A stretch of 63,401 bases of DNA, filler included, from Octopus bimaculoides (GCF_001194135.2; 6 parts of 6 records of this genome joined end to end with filler, not necessarily neighbours in it); one strand, 5' to 3'. Counted from the first letter of the whole stretch, positions 34,750 through 47,575 are shown. Numbers and translations are program-made. Notes: generated by a model not told the origin, from the letters alone.

Positions 34750-37700
34750 TCATCATCATCATTGTTTAACGTCCGCTTTCCATGCTAGCATGTGTTGGAC
34801 GATTTGATTGAGGACTGGAAAACCAGATGGCTGCACCAGGCTCCAATCTGATCTGGCAGAGTTTCTACAGCTGGATGCCCTTCCTAACGCCAACCACTCC
34901 GAGAGTGTAGTGGGTGCTTTTACGTGCCACTGGCACGAGGGCCAGTCAGGCGGTACTGGTAACGGCCATGCTCAAATGGTCTTTTTTACTTGCCACCTGC
35001 ACAGGAGCCAGTCCAGGGGCACTGGCAATGACCTCGCTCGAATGTTTTTTCACGTGCCAGTAAGGTGATGTTGGTAACGATCACGCTCAAATGGTGCTAT
35101 TTACGTGCNNNNNNNNNNTCACGTGCCAGTAAGGTGATGTTGGTAACGATCACGCTCAAATGGTGCTATTTACGTGCCACCGGCATGGAAGCCAGACAGC
35201 TACTCTGGCAATGATCACGCTTGGACAGTGCTGTTAGCACTCCACTGGCACGGGTGCCACTCATCAAATTTGGTTCAATTACGATTTCGATTTCACTTGC
35301 CCCAACAGGTCTTTGCAAACAGAGTTTAGTGACCAATGAAGGAAAGGTTGGCATGGGCGCCAGTCGTCAAATTTGGTTCGATTTCGATTTCACTTGCCTC
35401 AACAGGTCTTCGCAAGCAGAGTTTAGAGTCCAATGAAGTAAAGGTACGAATAAGTGGACTGGCTACACCCCTGGCAGAGGCCACGGATTATGGTCTCACT
35501 TGGCTTGCCAGTTCTTCTCACAGCATATTTCCAAAGATCTTGGTCACTAGTCATTGCCTAATGTTCCCAGGTCTTCCTGGGTCTACCTCTTCCACAGGTT
35601 CCCTAAACCACTAAGGTGTGGAACTTTTTCACACAGCTATCCTTATCCATTCTTGCCACATGACCATCCCAATACAATCATTTCTCTTGCACACCACAAC
35701 TGATGCTTTTTAGGTCCAACTTTTCTGTCAAAGTACTTACATTCTGTCGAGTATGCACACTGACTTTATTTCTTGTGAGCTTACGCATGTCCTCAGCAGT
35801 CACGGCCCATGTTTCACTGCCATGTAGCATGGCTGATCGTACACATGCGTCATTCAGTCTGCCTTTTACTCTGAGCGAGAGGCCCTTTGTCACCAGCAGA
35901 GGTAAGAGCTCTCTGAACTTTGCCCAGGCTATTCTTATTTTAGCAGCTACACTTTCAGTGCATCCTCCCTGCTACACTTTCAGCGCACCCTCCCCCACTA
36001 CACACTTGATCACCTAGGTAATGGAAGATATCAACTACTTCTAGTTTTTCTCCCTGGAATGTGGCAGAAGTTGTTCTCTGCACATTTTCAATGTTTATTG
36101 CTCCAGAACATCTGCCACATACAAAAACTATCTTGCTAGTTAGCCTTCCTTTGATATTGCTGCACCTCTCATGTGTCCATAGCTTACGCTGGGTAATCTT
36201 ATAGAGTTTCTACCTACGCCTTTTCTACAGATCGAGCAGGGCCATCTACCTGAAGGGGTGTGTGGTTTGTCTACTTTCCTCAGGTCTTTGGTCCTCACGG
36301 CGCAGAACATTGGCATAGTTTTTCTTATCTGCTCCCCTCTAGCTAAATAAGCCTGTCTCCTAGCTTCCCTTTTGGCAGTCTGATACAATTCCCTGCTACC
36401 ACCTTTCTTCCAATCCTTCCAAGCCTGTTTCTTTTCTTTAATAGCCCTGTCAACAACATTGTTCCACCACCACATTATTTTAGATCAAGAGGGGACTTTG
36501 CACCATCCACAGATCTGGTCAGTGGCCCTCAGCATGTTGTCCCGTAGAATCCGCCATTTGTCTTGTACATTGTGTGAAGCTATATCCCCTTCTATTTCGT
36601 CAAAGGCTTCGAGTAATACCTCTCTAAATCTCTGTCCATTTGCAGGACCTTTAAGCTTCCAGACCCTTCTCCTCCATGCTGGTCGTCTTCTGGGCAACCA
36701 CTTAGCCCTGATCCTGAAGTCACTAACTACTAGTCTATGTTGTGGGGTACATTCTTTGCCTGGGAAGGTTTTGACATTTATAAGCAGCCATCTTTCCATT
36801 TTCTTGGTGAGGATGTAGTCAATTTGGCTAGTGTGTCTGCCAGAACAGTAGGTGACTAGGTGACAGGCAGGTTTCCTGAAGTTAGTATTGCAGACCATAA
36901 GGTCATTTGCATCACAGAACTCCAGCAGCCTGGTTCCCTCCTCATTGCAGGAACCAAAACCATAGCCTCCATGTATGCCATGGAAGCCCCCTGTATGTTG
37001 TCCAACATGCCCAGTGAAGTCGCCAGCCATAAAGAGAAGGTCCCTGTCATTCGTCAATGAGGTAGTCTGCAATAGGGTGTCATAAAATCGGTCTTTCTGT
37101 CCATCGGGTAGCCCGGGATGAGGAGCATAGGCTGAGATAATGGTTGCTAACCCATGATGAAGGACTAATCTAATCTTAAGTATTCTATCGCATACTCTGA
37201 CTACCTCGATTATCTTATCCATCCATTTCTCCACTAGAAGTATACCCACACCCCCGACCCCGTCTGTGTTCCCTGCCCAGAAAATCTTGTACCTGTGTTC
37301 TTTGCCTGTGAGGACCCTAGCAGAACCTCCTCTTCACCTTACTTCTTGGAGGCAGCAGATACCAACACATCTCCGTTCAAGCATCTCAACAATCTTACCA
37401 GACCTACCTTTCAGTGTGCCGACATTGAGAGTGCCAACCCTGAGGGTGTGGGAGGTATGGGCNNNNNNNNNNTTTCAGTGTGCCGACATTGAGAGTGCCA
37501 ACCCTGAGGGTGTGGGAGGTATGGGCCCGTGAAACCCTGGGGCAGGGGAAAGCAGCATCATGTACCTGAAATGAAAGCTCACATTTGGCAGAATTCATAA
37601 ACAAGCAGTAGCCTCCAATTAAACCTGCATACACTACACTATCATATTTTTGCACTATATGATCACTACCTTACATAGGAGGAGATAAACCCTCAGCAGG
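34750..37700 (-). mobile_element. RTE-clade (BovB-like) LINE with APE endonuclease, deleted RT core, PHD-like finger, C-terminus, 3' UTR and (GAT)n tail
   Basis: LRVGTLNVGTLK near 37490-37530. ORF 36485-37249 has SAYAP, AGDF.GHVG, N.EG..LLEFC and SQIDYIL. It then runs WWWNNVVDRAIKEKK into KVDKPHTPSGRWPCSIC, then YLGD and KGLSLRVKGRL.DACVRSAMLHGSETW. The 3' end is ggaaagcggacgttaaac(a)atgatgatg. Confidence 0.92.
36485..37249 (-). pseudogene. APE-type endonuclease domain of the RTE LINE (254-aa open stretch)
   Basis: Apurinic-endonuclease motifs: IISAYAPH, FMAGDFTGHVG, CNTNFRK, TSQIDYILT, QHRLVV. Confidence 0.92.
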
Positions 37701-37754
37701 GGTGGTGGTGGTGTAAAGCCTTTAGAAGTGTTCATGGGAGACAACCAAAGGATG

Positions 37755-37838
37755 GGAGAGGATAGGAACTTCCGGTGCAGGTGGAGAGGATAGGAACTTC
37801 CGGTACATGTGTGGAGGATAGGAACTTCTGGTACAGGT
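37755..37838. repeat. Three 28-bp tandem units just 5' of the RTE copy
   Basis: ggagaggataggaacttccggtgcaggt / ggagaggataggaacttccggtacatgt / gtggaggataggaacttctggtacaggt. Confidence 0.92.
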
Positions 37839-38294
37839 GGAGGGTGTACTGCGAGCAGAGTAAGGCAGAGAGAGGGAGAGGTGGGAGTTTTTGGTCAGCT
37901 AATCTAAGACAGAATTAGAGAAATAAGTGTGTGATAAACTTGAATGAATGAATAAATGTGATGGCATGGTAATGAAATAGACAGAATAGTGAAAGAACTA
38001 AGTAAGGGGTTATGATCTGTGCATAAATAGAAAGGTATGAACAAGGTTGAAAAGACAGAAAACTTCTTATCTGTGCATCCTTCTGAAATTCGTATTTCTT
38101 TGGCAGAGGTATTAAGATCGAGTAGGGGAATCAGAGTGTGTGCGTTAGTTTATAGTCCTGGCGAAGCGAGTGGTAATCGAAAAAGAGAGACAGACAGAGT
38201 AAGGCAGAGAGAGGGAGAGGGGGGTTAGTGGTCAGAACACGAGGGAGAAAAATATTCTTTTGGGATTTCTGTAGCATAGTTCATATATATATAT

Positions 38295-39770
38295 ACAAGT
38301 CATGTACAGAGATGCTGTCAGTAAGGTTACCAATGGATATAGCGATGAATTCAGGGTACAAATAGGGGTTCACCAAGTATTGGCCTTCACCCCCACTTCT
38401 TGTTCATTATAGTGCTCCAGGCAATAACAGGAATTTAAGACAGGCTGCCCCCAAGAGCTTCTCTATGCTGATGACCTTGTTCTTATAGAGAACTAGAGAA
38501 GAAATTTCAGGCGCGGAAGCAAGGTCTAGAATCAAAGGGCCTTAGAGTTAATTTAGCAAAGACCAAAGTCTTAGTATGTAGGAAAGCAGATAAATCACAA
38601 ATCCCTTCAAGTAGATGGCCCTGCTTGATCTGTAGAAAAGGCATAGATAGAAACTCCATAAGATGTACCCAGTGTAAGCTATGGACANNNNNNNNNNATA
38701 GATAGAAACTCCATAAGATGTACCCAGTGTAAGCTATGGACACATACGAGATACAGCAATATCAAAGGAAGGTTAACAGGGAAAATAGTTTTTGAATGTG
38801 GAAGATGTATAGGTACAATTAATACTAAAAATGTACAGAAAATAGACTCCATCAAATGCCAGTGGGGGAAACTAGAAATAGTTGACAGCTTTTGTTACCT
38901 AGGTGACCAAGTCAGTGGATGCTTCGAGAGAGTAGCTGCTAGAATAAGAATAGTCTGGGCAAAATTCAAAGAGCTCCTACTTCTATTGTTAACCAAGGGG
39001 CTCTCCCATAGAGTCAAAGGCATATTATATGATGCTTGTGTACAAACAGCCATGCTATATGGTAGTGAAACATGAACTGAGGACATGCGAAGGCTTGAAA
39101 GAAATGAAGTTGGTATGCTTTGCTGGATGTGCACTGTCAGTGTGCATGCATGACTGATTGTAAGTGTCTTGAGAGAAAAGTCAGGCATAAGAGGCATCAA
39201 ATGTGGTGTGCAAGAGAGACAACTGCACTGGTATGGTCATGTGATGCATATGGACAAGGACAGCTGTGTGAAGAAGTGCCAATCTCTAATGGTGGAGAGA
39301 AACTGTGGAAGACATAGGACAAGGTGGTGAAACATGATCTTCAAACATTAGGCTTCACAGAGGCAGTCACAAGTGACTGAGACCTATGGCGATATGCTGT
39401 GCTTGAGAAGACCTGTCAAACCAAGTGAAATTGTAGTCATGGCTGATGCAAGTATCATGTAACTATCACCTGTGCTGGTGGCATGTGAAATCTATGGGGC
39501 TCACAGAGGCAATGACAAGTGACTGAGACCTTTGGTAATATATCATGCTTGAGAAGACCTTTTAAGCCAAGTGAGATCGTATTTGTGGGCGATGTCAGTG
39601 TTTCATAACTGGCACATAAAAAACACCCTCTAAGAAGGGCATTCAGCTGTAGAGACTATGCCAACTCACATTAGAACCTGGTGCAGTTCCCCAACTTAGC
39701 AGTTTTCAGTCAAACCGGTCAACCCATGTCAGCATGGAAAAACATATGTTAACTGATGGTGATGATGTTG
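38295..39770 (+). mobile_element. 5'-truncated RTE LINE copy (RT domains 4-7, PHD-like finger, C-terminus, 3' UTR)
   Basis: YRDAVSKV...GVHQ...PLLVHYSAP (frameshifted), LYADDL at 38461-38478, LRVNLAKTKVL, RWPCLICRK, VDSFCYLGDQV, YDACVQTAMLYGSET. Ends aactgatggtgatgatg. Confidence 0.9.
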
Positions 39771-39789
39771 ATATATATATATATATATA

Positions 39790-40280
39790 ATGGTTAGTAA
39801 GAGCTGTGCGAGCCATGTACAGAGATGCTGTCAGTAAGGTGAGGGTTGGAAATGAGTACAGTAATGAATTCCGGGTAGAGGTAGGGGTCCACCAAGGTTT
39901 CGTCTTCAGCCCCCTCCTATTTATCATAGTCCTCCAGGCGATCACAGAGGAATTCAAGACAGGTTGCCCCTGGGAGCNNNNNNNNNNNNNNNNNNNNNNN
40001 NNNNNNNNNNNNNNNNNNNNNTTAATTAATTAANNNNNNNNNNNNNNNNNNNNNNNNNNNNNNNNNNNNNNNNNNNNAAGACACCATTTCGAGCGTGGCC
40101 GTTTTCGTGCGGGTGACACGTAAAAGCACCCACTACACTCTCTGAGTGGTTGGCGTTAGGAAGGGCATCCAGCTGTAGAAACTCTGCCAAATTAGATTGG
40201 AGCCTGGTGTTGCCATCCGGTTTCACCAGTCCTCAGTCAAATCGTCCAACCCATGCTAGCATGGAAAGCGGACGTTAAAC

Positions 40281-40308
<28 letters not shown>
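39790..40308 (+). mobile_element. Younger-looking 5'-truncated RTE copy, probably spanning the join at 40022
   Basis: VRAMYRDAVSKVRVGNEYSNEFRVEVGVHQGFVFSPLLFIIVLQAITEEFKTGCPWE is open up to the gap. After the spacer comes the RTE 3' end ...catgctagcatggaaagcggacgttaaac(gat)n. Confidence 0.8.
40022..40033. other. Artificial assembly join spacer
   Basis: 44N-TTAATTAATTAA-44N. Confidence 0.95.
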
Positions 40309-40311
<3 letters not shown>

Positions 40312-40357
40312 CTTCCGAACTTTTTTCTTTGCAACTCATCTATCTATCTATCTATCA

Positions 40358-40413
<56 letters not shown>

Positions 40414-40475
40414 CCACAGATTATATCTACAGACATACACGCAAAGGCACTACGAGTATATGTGTGTATTTTAGG

Positions 40476-40506
<31 letters not shown>

Positions 40507-42559
40507 ACTGATGCAGCAAGATTTATATGGCAGTGCGCAGAACACGCAATATAATAAATATAAGCTTTATTTGAATAGAATTGCAAGTATACTGCGCAGA
40601 CCATATTACTAAACTTTTAAAGTCAAACAATATGGAATTCGTTTCCGCCCTGTACAGTTGATTTACACCTGCTTTACTGAACGTGTAAATTAATTTATGC
40701 TGGTGGAAAGCTGTCCCAACTTCAGTTTGTATTATGTTCATATTGCTAATATGAAAACTTTAAAGCAAGTAAAATAACATTTCACGAACAGAAAGGAGAT
40801 GCTTCTCCTGATATCAACCTATTTTCAAATAGTTAAAGATATCGACTTTGTGGTAAACGTGATCATGCTGAGCTGACTGAGTTAGTGTTTTAGTGTTTTA
40901 TTGTCGGTTCACGAAATATAGAGTAATCAGATGATCTTATAAAATCAGAGGGCTTACAGTGAGAACAAATTAATTTACTTGGAATGATTACATGTACATT
41001 CTACCTCTCAAGTAGTTGACCATGTTTTGGGTAAACACTCTGATTTCTTTAGGCTGATTCATGAAATGTATTCATAGATGCGCTTGCAACTATTAAGAGC
41101 TTCCGATTTGAGTTTCAAACATATGCCTGGACATATACAAGCTATTCCGGAACATTCTTTTTGAGGCTGAGTAGAGACAATATTTATCTTCAAAAAATAA
41201 TAAAAAACGAGTTTTTTTTTCCTCTTCAGAATCGAAAATATTCGGAAGGAAGAAGGTTGCTTCTATTCACACCTTGTTGATAATAACGTTACTGGTAAAT
41301 TTATTAAAGACATCTTAGAGGCAGATACTTATATGAATTGGAAAGCCTAACCCATAGCTCGAAAGGCTTATATTTAATATACAATAGGATCGTCCTAAAT
41401 CAAAAAAGTTTAACACCATAAGAATAAATGCTTGTACGGCTAAATGTAGTTCAAAATATTCATGTATGTTTCGGAATGGTATTGTTAGCAAAAATGTTAT
41501 GTACTACTTACATAATGATATCCACCAGACACGCTGAATGGAGTAAAAATAATACATTTGCACCTTAGTTTTATAAGTATATGCAAAAATGCTAGATGAT
41601 CTAAATATTTTTTGATGAAATGTTAATTATCACAAAAAATGCTAATACACATATTTTATGAGGACTAGATAAGGATATAAATGCAAATATTCAGATATTT
41701 CGCATTCAAATCGCCAAGAAATTAAAATGCTAGTAAATTCACGATAACATTTAACAGGAATCTTTTTTTTTTAATTGCGGGGGCAACTGATTGTGGAAAG
41801 AAAAGCAAAGTAATAAATAACAAGGTTATAATTAGAGAAGCAGTTTGCATATTACTTTTAAAATATATGAAATGTAAAGTAAATTATTGCGAATATAACT
41901 TATGTATATAATATATTATATTCGTACTACAAAAATAGTAGTAAATACAAATAACCTAACAAAAGTATGAAGAACTTGAAACTGGAAAGAAAATTATCTT
42001 TTTATACGCTATTATACTTACATAAATGTATATCACATTTGTAAAAATATCGAAAACTATAAAAGCAGCAAATAAAGAATCTTTTTTAGAAAATAGAGAA
42101 ACGTAAATAATGATAGAAAATTGGGTGCAATAATACGCTAAACATAGAAGTCAGCAGGAAATATACAAGGCAAAATGAAGGACAGAAGTAATATTATAAA
42201 GAAGAACTTCTATTTGCAAGATAAAACACGTTTCTTACTTTTCTATTCAGAAATAAACAAAATACAAATGTACAAAGAAGAATGTAGTTGTAAGAACAAA
42301 AGAGCAGGTGGTTCAGAAAATGTGTTTATTGATCAACCCCGATTTCTTGCTAGTCGATTTAAATATGAAAGCTTTTTTCTTCGTAAAATTATTTTCCTTC
42401 CTTATGTCTTACGCTGTAACTTCCAGGTTTTCATAATTATTTCGAGGCACAATAAAATAACATCGTTAGAGCATAGTGCAATAATGCTGATAACGGTGAT
42501 GATGATGATGATGATGATGATAATAATAATAACTGTTATTTCAATTTTTTTCCACAATG

Positions 42560-42685
42560 GGCAACATGGGAGAGGTGGGGGGATCAGTCGATTACATCGA
42601 CCCGAGTGTTCATTTGATACTTATTTTATCGACTTTGAAAGGACGAAAGGTAAGATCGACCTCGACAGAATTTGAACTCAGAGGG
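42560..42685 (-). mobile_element. SINE family C 3' part
   Basis: agtcgattacatcgacccgagtgttcatttgatacttattttatcgac...gaaaggacgaaaggtaagatcgacctcgacagaatttgaactcaga. Confidence 0.8.
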
Positions 42686-42692
42686 AACGAAG

Positions 42693-42749
<57 letters not shown>

Positions 42750-42949
42750 TGATGATGAGAACACCGGGGAAGTTTAGCATGTGAGAGCGATAAGACACTG
42801 CTCCGAAATATATTCAGAAACATCGGGAATAAATACAGCAAATGGAGGTTAAATAACTGACAAATCGTTGGATCCGAGTCAGTATTACAGACACATCTGG
42901 ATCCGAGTCAGTATTACTCATTAACAATTATTTCTATTTTCCAAATGAA

Positions 42950-45900
42950 ACGATGTATTTCAACTGTGTATCATCTCCATCATTCAAAAACACGTGTAAA
43001 CACGCTTGCCATATTACGATCAAATCAACATCTGACCATCTCCTTCCCCAACCACCATACACACACAAAAAAAGATAAATTAAATAAAACCTGTATTATT
43101 CAATCCACGTATAACAAACGGGAAGTACGTACTTCAAGCATGTTACATAAAAAGTACGAAAAACTACACGAGCAAACCCATTTAACCTCAGAAGTGAACG
43201 GAACGGCACCCTTAGAAGATGATGACCATCAAAATAAAGGGCCGTACGTTATTCATCATGTCCCGCAAATAAAATTGAGAAAGCATAAAGGGACACGTGA
43301 GGAATATATTTCAATCTTACACGCATAGAATGACAGCACAACAACATATACTTATGAAATCTGGAAGAAAAATAACCTAGATAAATATTTAGATACCGCA
43401 ATGAACCCTACTAAAATAGCTAACATACGGATAAATATTCACAAAACAAAAAATATCAGAAATAGAAATAAAGCATTTAAAAGGAAAAATACATCAGAAA
43501 AATGTAGATAGTAACCATACAGCCAAATAATATCATAAGCACTGGAATGCCATTTTATATCATAAGCACTGGAATGTAAAATACGAAGACAGACCTAACA
43601 TGTCCAACCAAAAGGAAGTAAACAACGAAAGACAATAAACCCAAACCGTAGGAATGTATAATGATGAGCAAAATGCATCAAGCAAGAAAATCACAGATAA
43701 AGGTATGAACGGGAAGGAATACAAAACAAATCTAAAACCTTCAAGGAGTGAAGGTGAAACTAATGATTATGATAGTTTTAAAATGAGTATAATCAAAGAA
43801 TTGAAAGTTGCAGATCTCATTATGTACTACCGATTGTACCTCTCAGAAATTAAAATTGATAATAAATCAACAATAATAAATAGCATGAACCTGGCCGTTA
43901 CAGAACTAATAGTCACAGAAACAAATGTTAATATGATCTGGCTAAATGATATAATATATGCAGCAACCTATGTGGCCACAAAAGAAGACGAATGTCCTAT
44001 AAACCCAACCAAGTAGGAGTATCGCCACCCAAAGAAACCCTGTAGATGAATAATGTCCAGAAATAAATAGAAAATAAGAGAAAGGATCTTTCAATCCTTA
44101 AAGAAACTAATAGAGATCAATAGTACTAAGCAACAAGAAGAGAAGAAAATATTATGTAAATACAAAATTACAGAACAAGGTATACCTGAGGTAAAAGAAC
44201 AGCTAAAGCAAGATATCCTCGCCAAAGCACAAAGAATCGGCCGGTATGAGATAAGCCAACGTTTCTTTGAACAAAATAAGCAGTTCAACGTCGAACCCAA
44301 ATGATTCTACCAAGAACATGGTAAAAATAAAATAGAGATCAATGTAGCGCCAGAAGTGGAAGAATTTTAGAAAGAAATGTGGTCGGTGAAGGGACAACTT
44401 CAGAAGAGATTCATCAAAGCAACGAGCATAACACATGAATAACGCTATAACAACAATAACACCTGAAGAGGTCACCCAACATTGGAAAAACTAAGCAAGT
44501 GGACGACACCCGGGAACGAGAAGACCCCCAACGTCTAGTCAAAATACTTAATAGGAACACATAAAAGGCTGGCTGAGGAATTTATTGAAATACTAGCTGA
44601 GACAGACTATGCTTGAATGGCTCATAGAATGGAAAACTATCCTTATTCTCAAATCCACTGAAACAGAAAACCGACAAAATTACACACCGATAAATTTTCT
44701 CCCTACAATCTACAAAGGCTTTACTGCAATAATATCGCAGAAAATGGACAAACAACTGGAAGAAAACAACCTGTGTCCAGAAGAGCAGAAGGGATGTTGC
44801 AAGGGTTCATGCGGCTGTAAAGATCAGCTTTTGTTCAATAAGCCTTAACTAAAGACAGCTGCGGAAAGAAGGGTCTAAGTGTGGCCTGGATCGATTCGCA
44901 GAAGGTTTTTGATAGTATTCTCGATGCATGAATCCTAGAAACGCTAGCCATGAAGGTAGCTCTAATTATCATAAAATGCATAAAACATCCAAGAATAAAC
45001 AGCAGATAGTGCTACAGCTCCAGACAAACGAGGGATTCATAAAAACCAAAGCTATCCCCATTAAAAAATGAAAATTCCCAGGAGAAACACTCTCCCTACT
45101 CCTTTTCTGCTTGGAACTGATACCGTTATCCGGCATGCTAAACAGAACTGGATGTGGATGCAACTGTTACGGCAAAACGACCCGTCATCTCTTATATATG
45201 GATGACCTAAAACTGTGCGCTATAAATAATAAATAGCTGGAAACATTACTACAGACAGCACATTGATTCACCAATTAAATAAACATGGAATTTGGCCTAA
45301 AGAACGTGCCAAAGCAACCCTGAATAGAGGAAAAGTAGTTAAAACTAGCAACATCACATTGATAAAGCAAATGAAATAAGTGCATGAGACCAAAGCCAGA
45401 CATACAAATATTTAGGGTTCAATGATCTAGATACGATACAACACACACAAATGAAAGAGAAGATAAAAAAAAGAAATACTATAGACGAGTTAGATAATAG
45501 AAAACAAGATAATAGGTATGAATACTGTAGTCATCCCAGTTATGAGTTAGCGCTACAATATTCTTAACTGGACTCCAGATGAACTAATCAAAATAGACAG
45601 GAAAACAAGAAAAAATAATTTCAGGATTTCGGATACAACACCCAAAATCTGGTATAGCAAGGTTATATATACAGCATATCGAAGGCGGTACAGGCCTTGT
45701 ATAGCTAGAAAATAACCACCATAGGACTACAAAAATATCTACTTCAGAAGCAAGGAACACTTATACAAATAGCCACAAAACACGAATAAAACGAAAAAAA
45801 ACAACGGTCTTCAGACTTTAAGGAAGCTGACAGATACAAAAAAGATGTCATAGTATCTAACAACTTCGAAGAAAAACAAAAGCAGTAAAACAACTGAAAT

Positions 45901-46650
45901 CCAAACAAAAATGGAACATCAATGGATTATGATAAACCAATGGCAAATATCGAGTTAAACCAACCACACAGAAAAGAATTATAGAAGCTCAGCACTCAAA
46001 GAAATAGAGAAGCTCAGCACTCAAAGTTGAGACTGAAGGATATTTAATTGCAGAACAAAATCAAACCCTTCCCACCAAATTCACCCGAAAGCATGTAATG
46101 AAATGAAATACTGCCGAATATGTGGAGATGGAGAAGAAACAATAAATCATATTTCTCTGGCTACCCAGTCTTGGCTAAGAACGAGTATATTAACAAGGAC
46201 GACAGAGATGGGACTTATATTCACTGGAAGCTATGCGAACACTATGGAATAAGAACAGAATAAAAATGGTATAGGCAAACGCCAGAAAAAGTCACAGAGA
46301 ATGAAAAAGCAATCATACTCTGGCATAAGCCAATACACAGATATAGAGAAATTAAGGCCAATCGGCTGGATATAGTTGTCAGAATCACGAAGAAAAATGC
46401 TTTCTAATCGACGTATCAAAACCAGCAGATGACAATGTTTCTCTAAAAGAAAGGGAGAACATTTCAAAATATAAATATCTAGAAATAGAAGTAACTCGAA
46501 TATGGAGCCTAAAAATAGAAACAATTCCTATCATAGTAGGTGGATTTGGTGTGATAAAATATATTTCAAAAACACCAGGATTTACACTTACATATAATAT
46601 ACAGAAATAGCACTACTACACACCTCACACGTCCAACGTAAAGGGTCTAT
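42950..46650 (+). mobile_element. Near full-length, decayed R4/Dong-type non-LTR retrotransposon (RT, CCHC, restriction-like endonuclease)
   Basis: N-terminal HKGTREEYISILHA; QNYTPINFLPTIYKGF; EEQKGCCKGSCGCKDQLLFNK; YMDDLKL near 45197; CRICGDGEETINHI near 46110; NRLDIVV...LIDVSKPADDNVSLKERE..SKYKYLEIE near 46360-46490. Many stops and frameshifts. Confidence 0.88.
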
Positions 46651-47479
46651 ATAATAATATCAAACCTAGGGCCAACTGGTGAATGTTCTATAAAAAAATC
46701 CAAATGAAATATCTAAGTCAATCTAGACGGACATTCAACTTATTTTGTGAATATACATGTACGCTCTATATATACACAAATTAACGAATTCGAATAGAAA
46801 TGAGAAATGGAGAATACAAAGGAAACCTAACGTAATATACTATAGAAACATTATGGAATCTAATAAATCCCACCAATTTGTGTATCGCTTTAAATCTAAA
46901 ATTTCGTCAAATCACATTGATCAGTCTGAATGTACTATATGAATAGAAGCTATTAAAGACCAACTGAATCACACACATATATTTTATACAGAATTGTACT
47001 TCATTATCAAATACAGTACATCTGTTCAAACAATGTGCTTCTTGTGCCTTGCATTACATTCTCCTAAGGGTTTTCCTAACGACTGTTTTACCGTTGGAAT
47101 CAAAGAAACATGTACAGAAAGACATTTCATGGTCGATATCACGCTGTTAATGTTCTACTTGCACTATCAATTTATATTACTAGCTATCTTCAAACACAGG
47201 TATATTCTCGCTCATTCACTCACTCACTCACTCACTCACTCACTCACTCACTAACCCAATCATTCACCCACAAACACGCACATATACACAAACACACACA
47301 CACACACAAACGCACAAGAACACAAACATATTTCACAGTGTGCTCATGAATGCCGATATATAATGTGAACAATTACATTCACACAACTACGCTTTCCTAA
47401 AACAACACCTACATGCACACATACAAAATATGTATCAATATATTAACGTTTTATATACATATACACCTACATAATCACG

Positions 47480-47575
<96 letters not shown>

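Noticed and set aside
37421-37526. Direct repeats flanking 10-N gaps (also about 22180-22275, 35050-35175 and 38640-38745)
   Set aside because: Identical sequence on both sides of a minimal gap indicates unmerged contig overlap rather than real tandem duplication.
42175-42675. 166-aa ORF
   Set aside because: It is AT-rich low-complexity sequence plus a (GAT)n tract and an antisense SINE.
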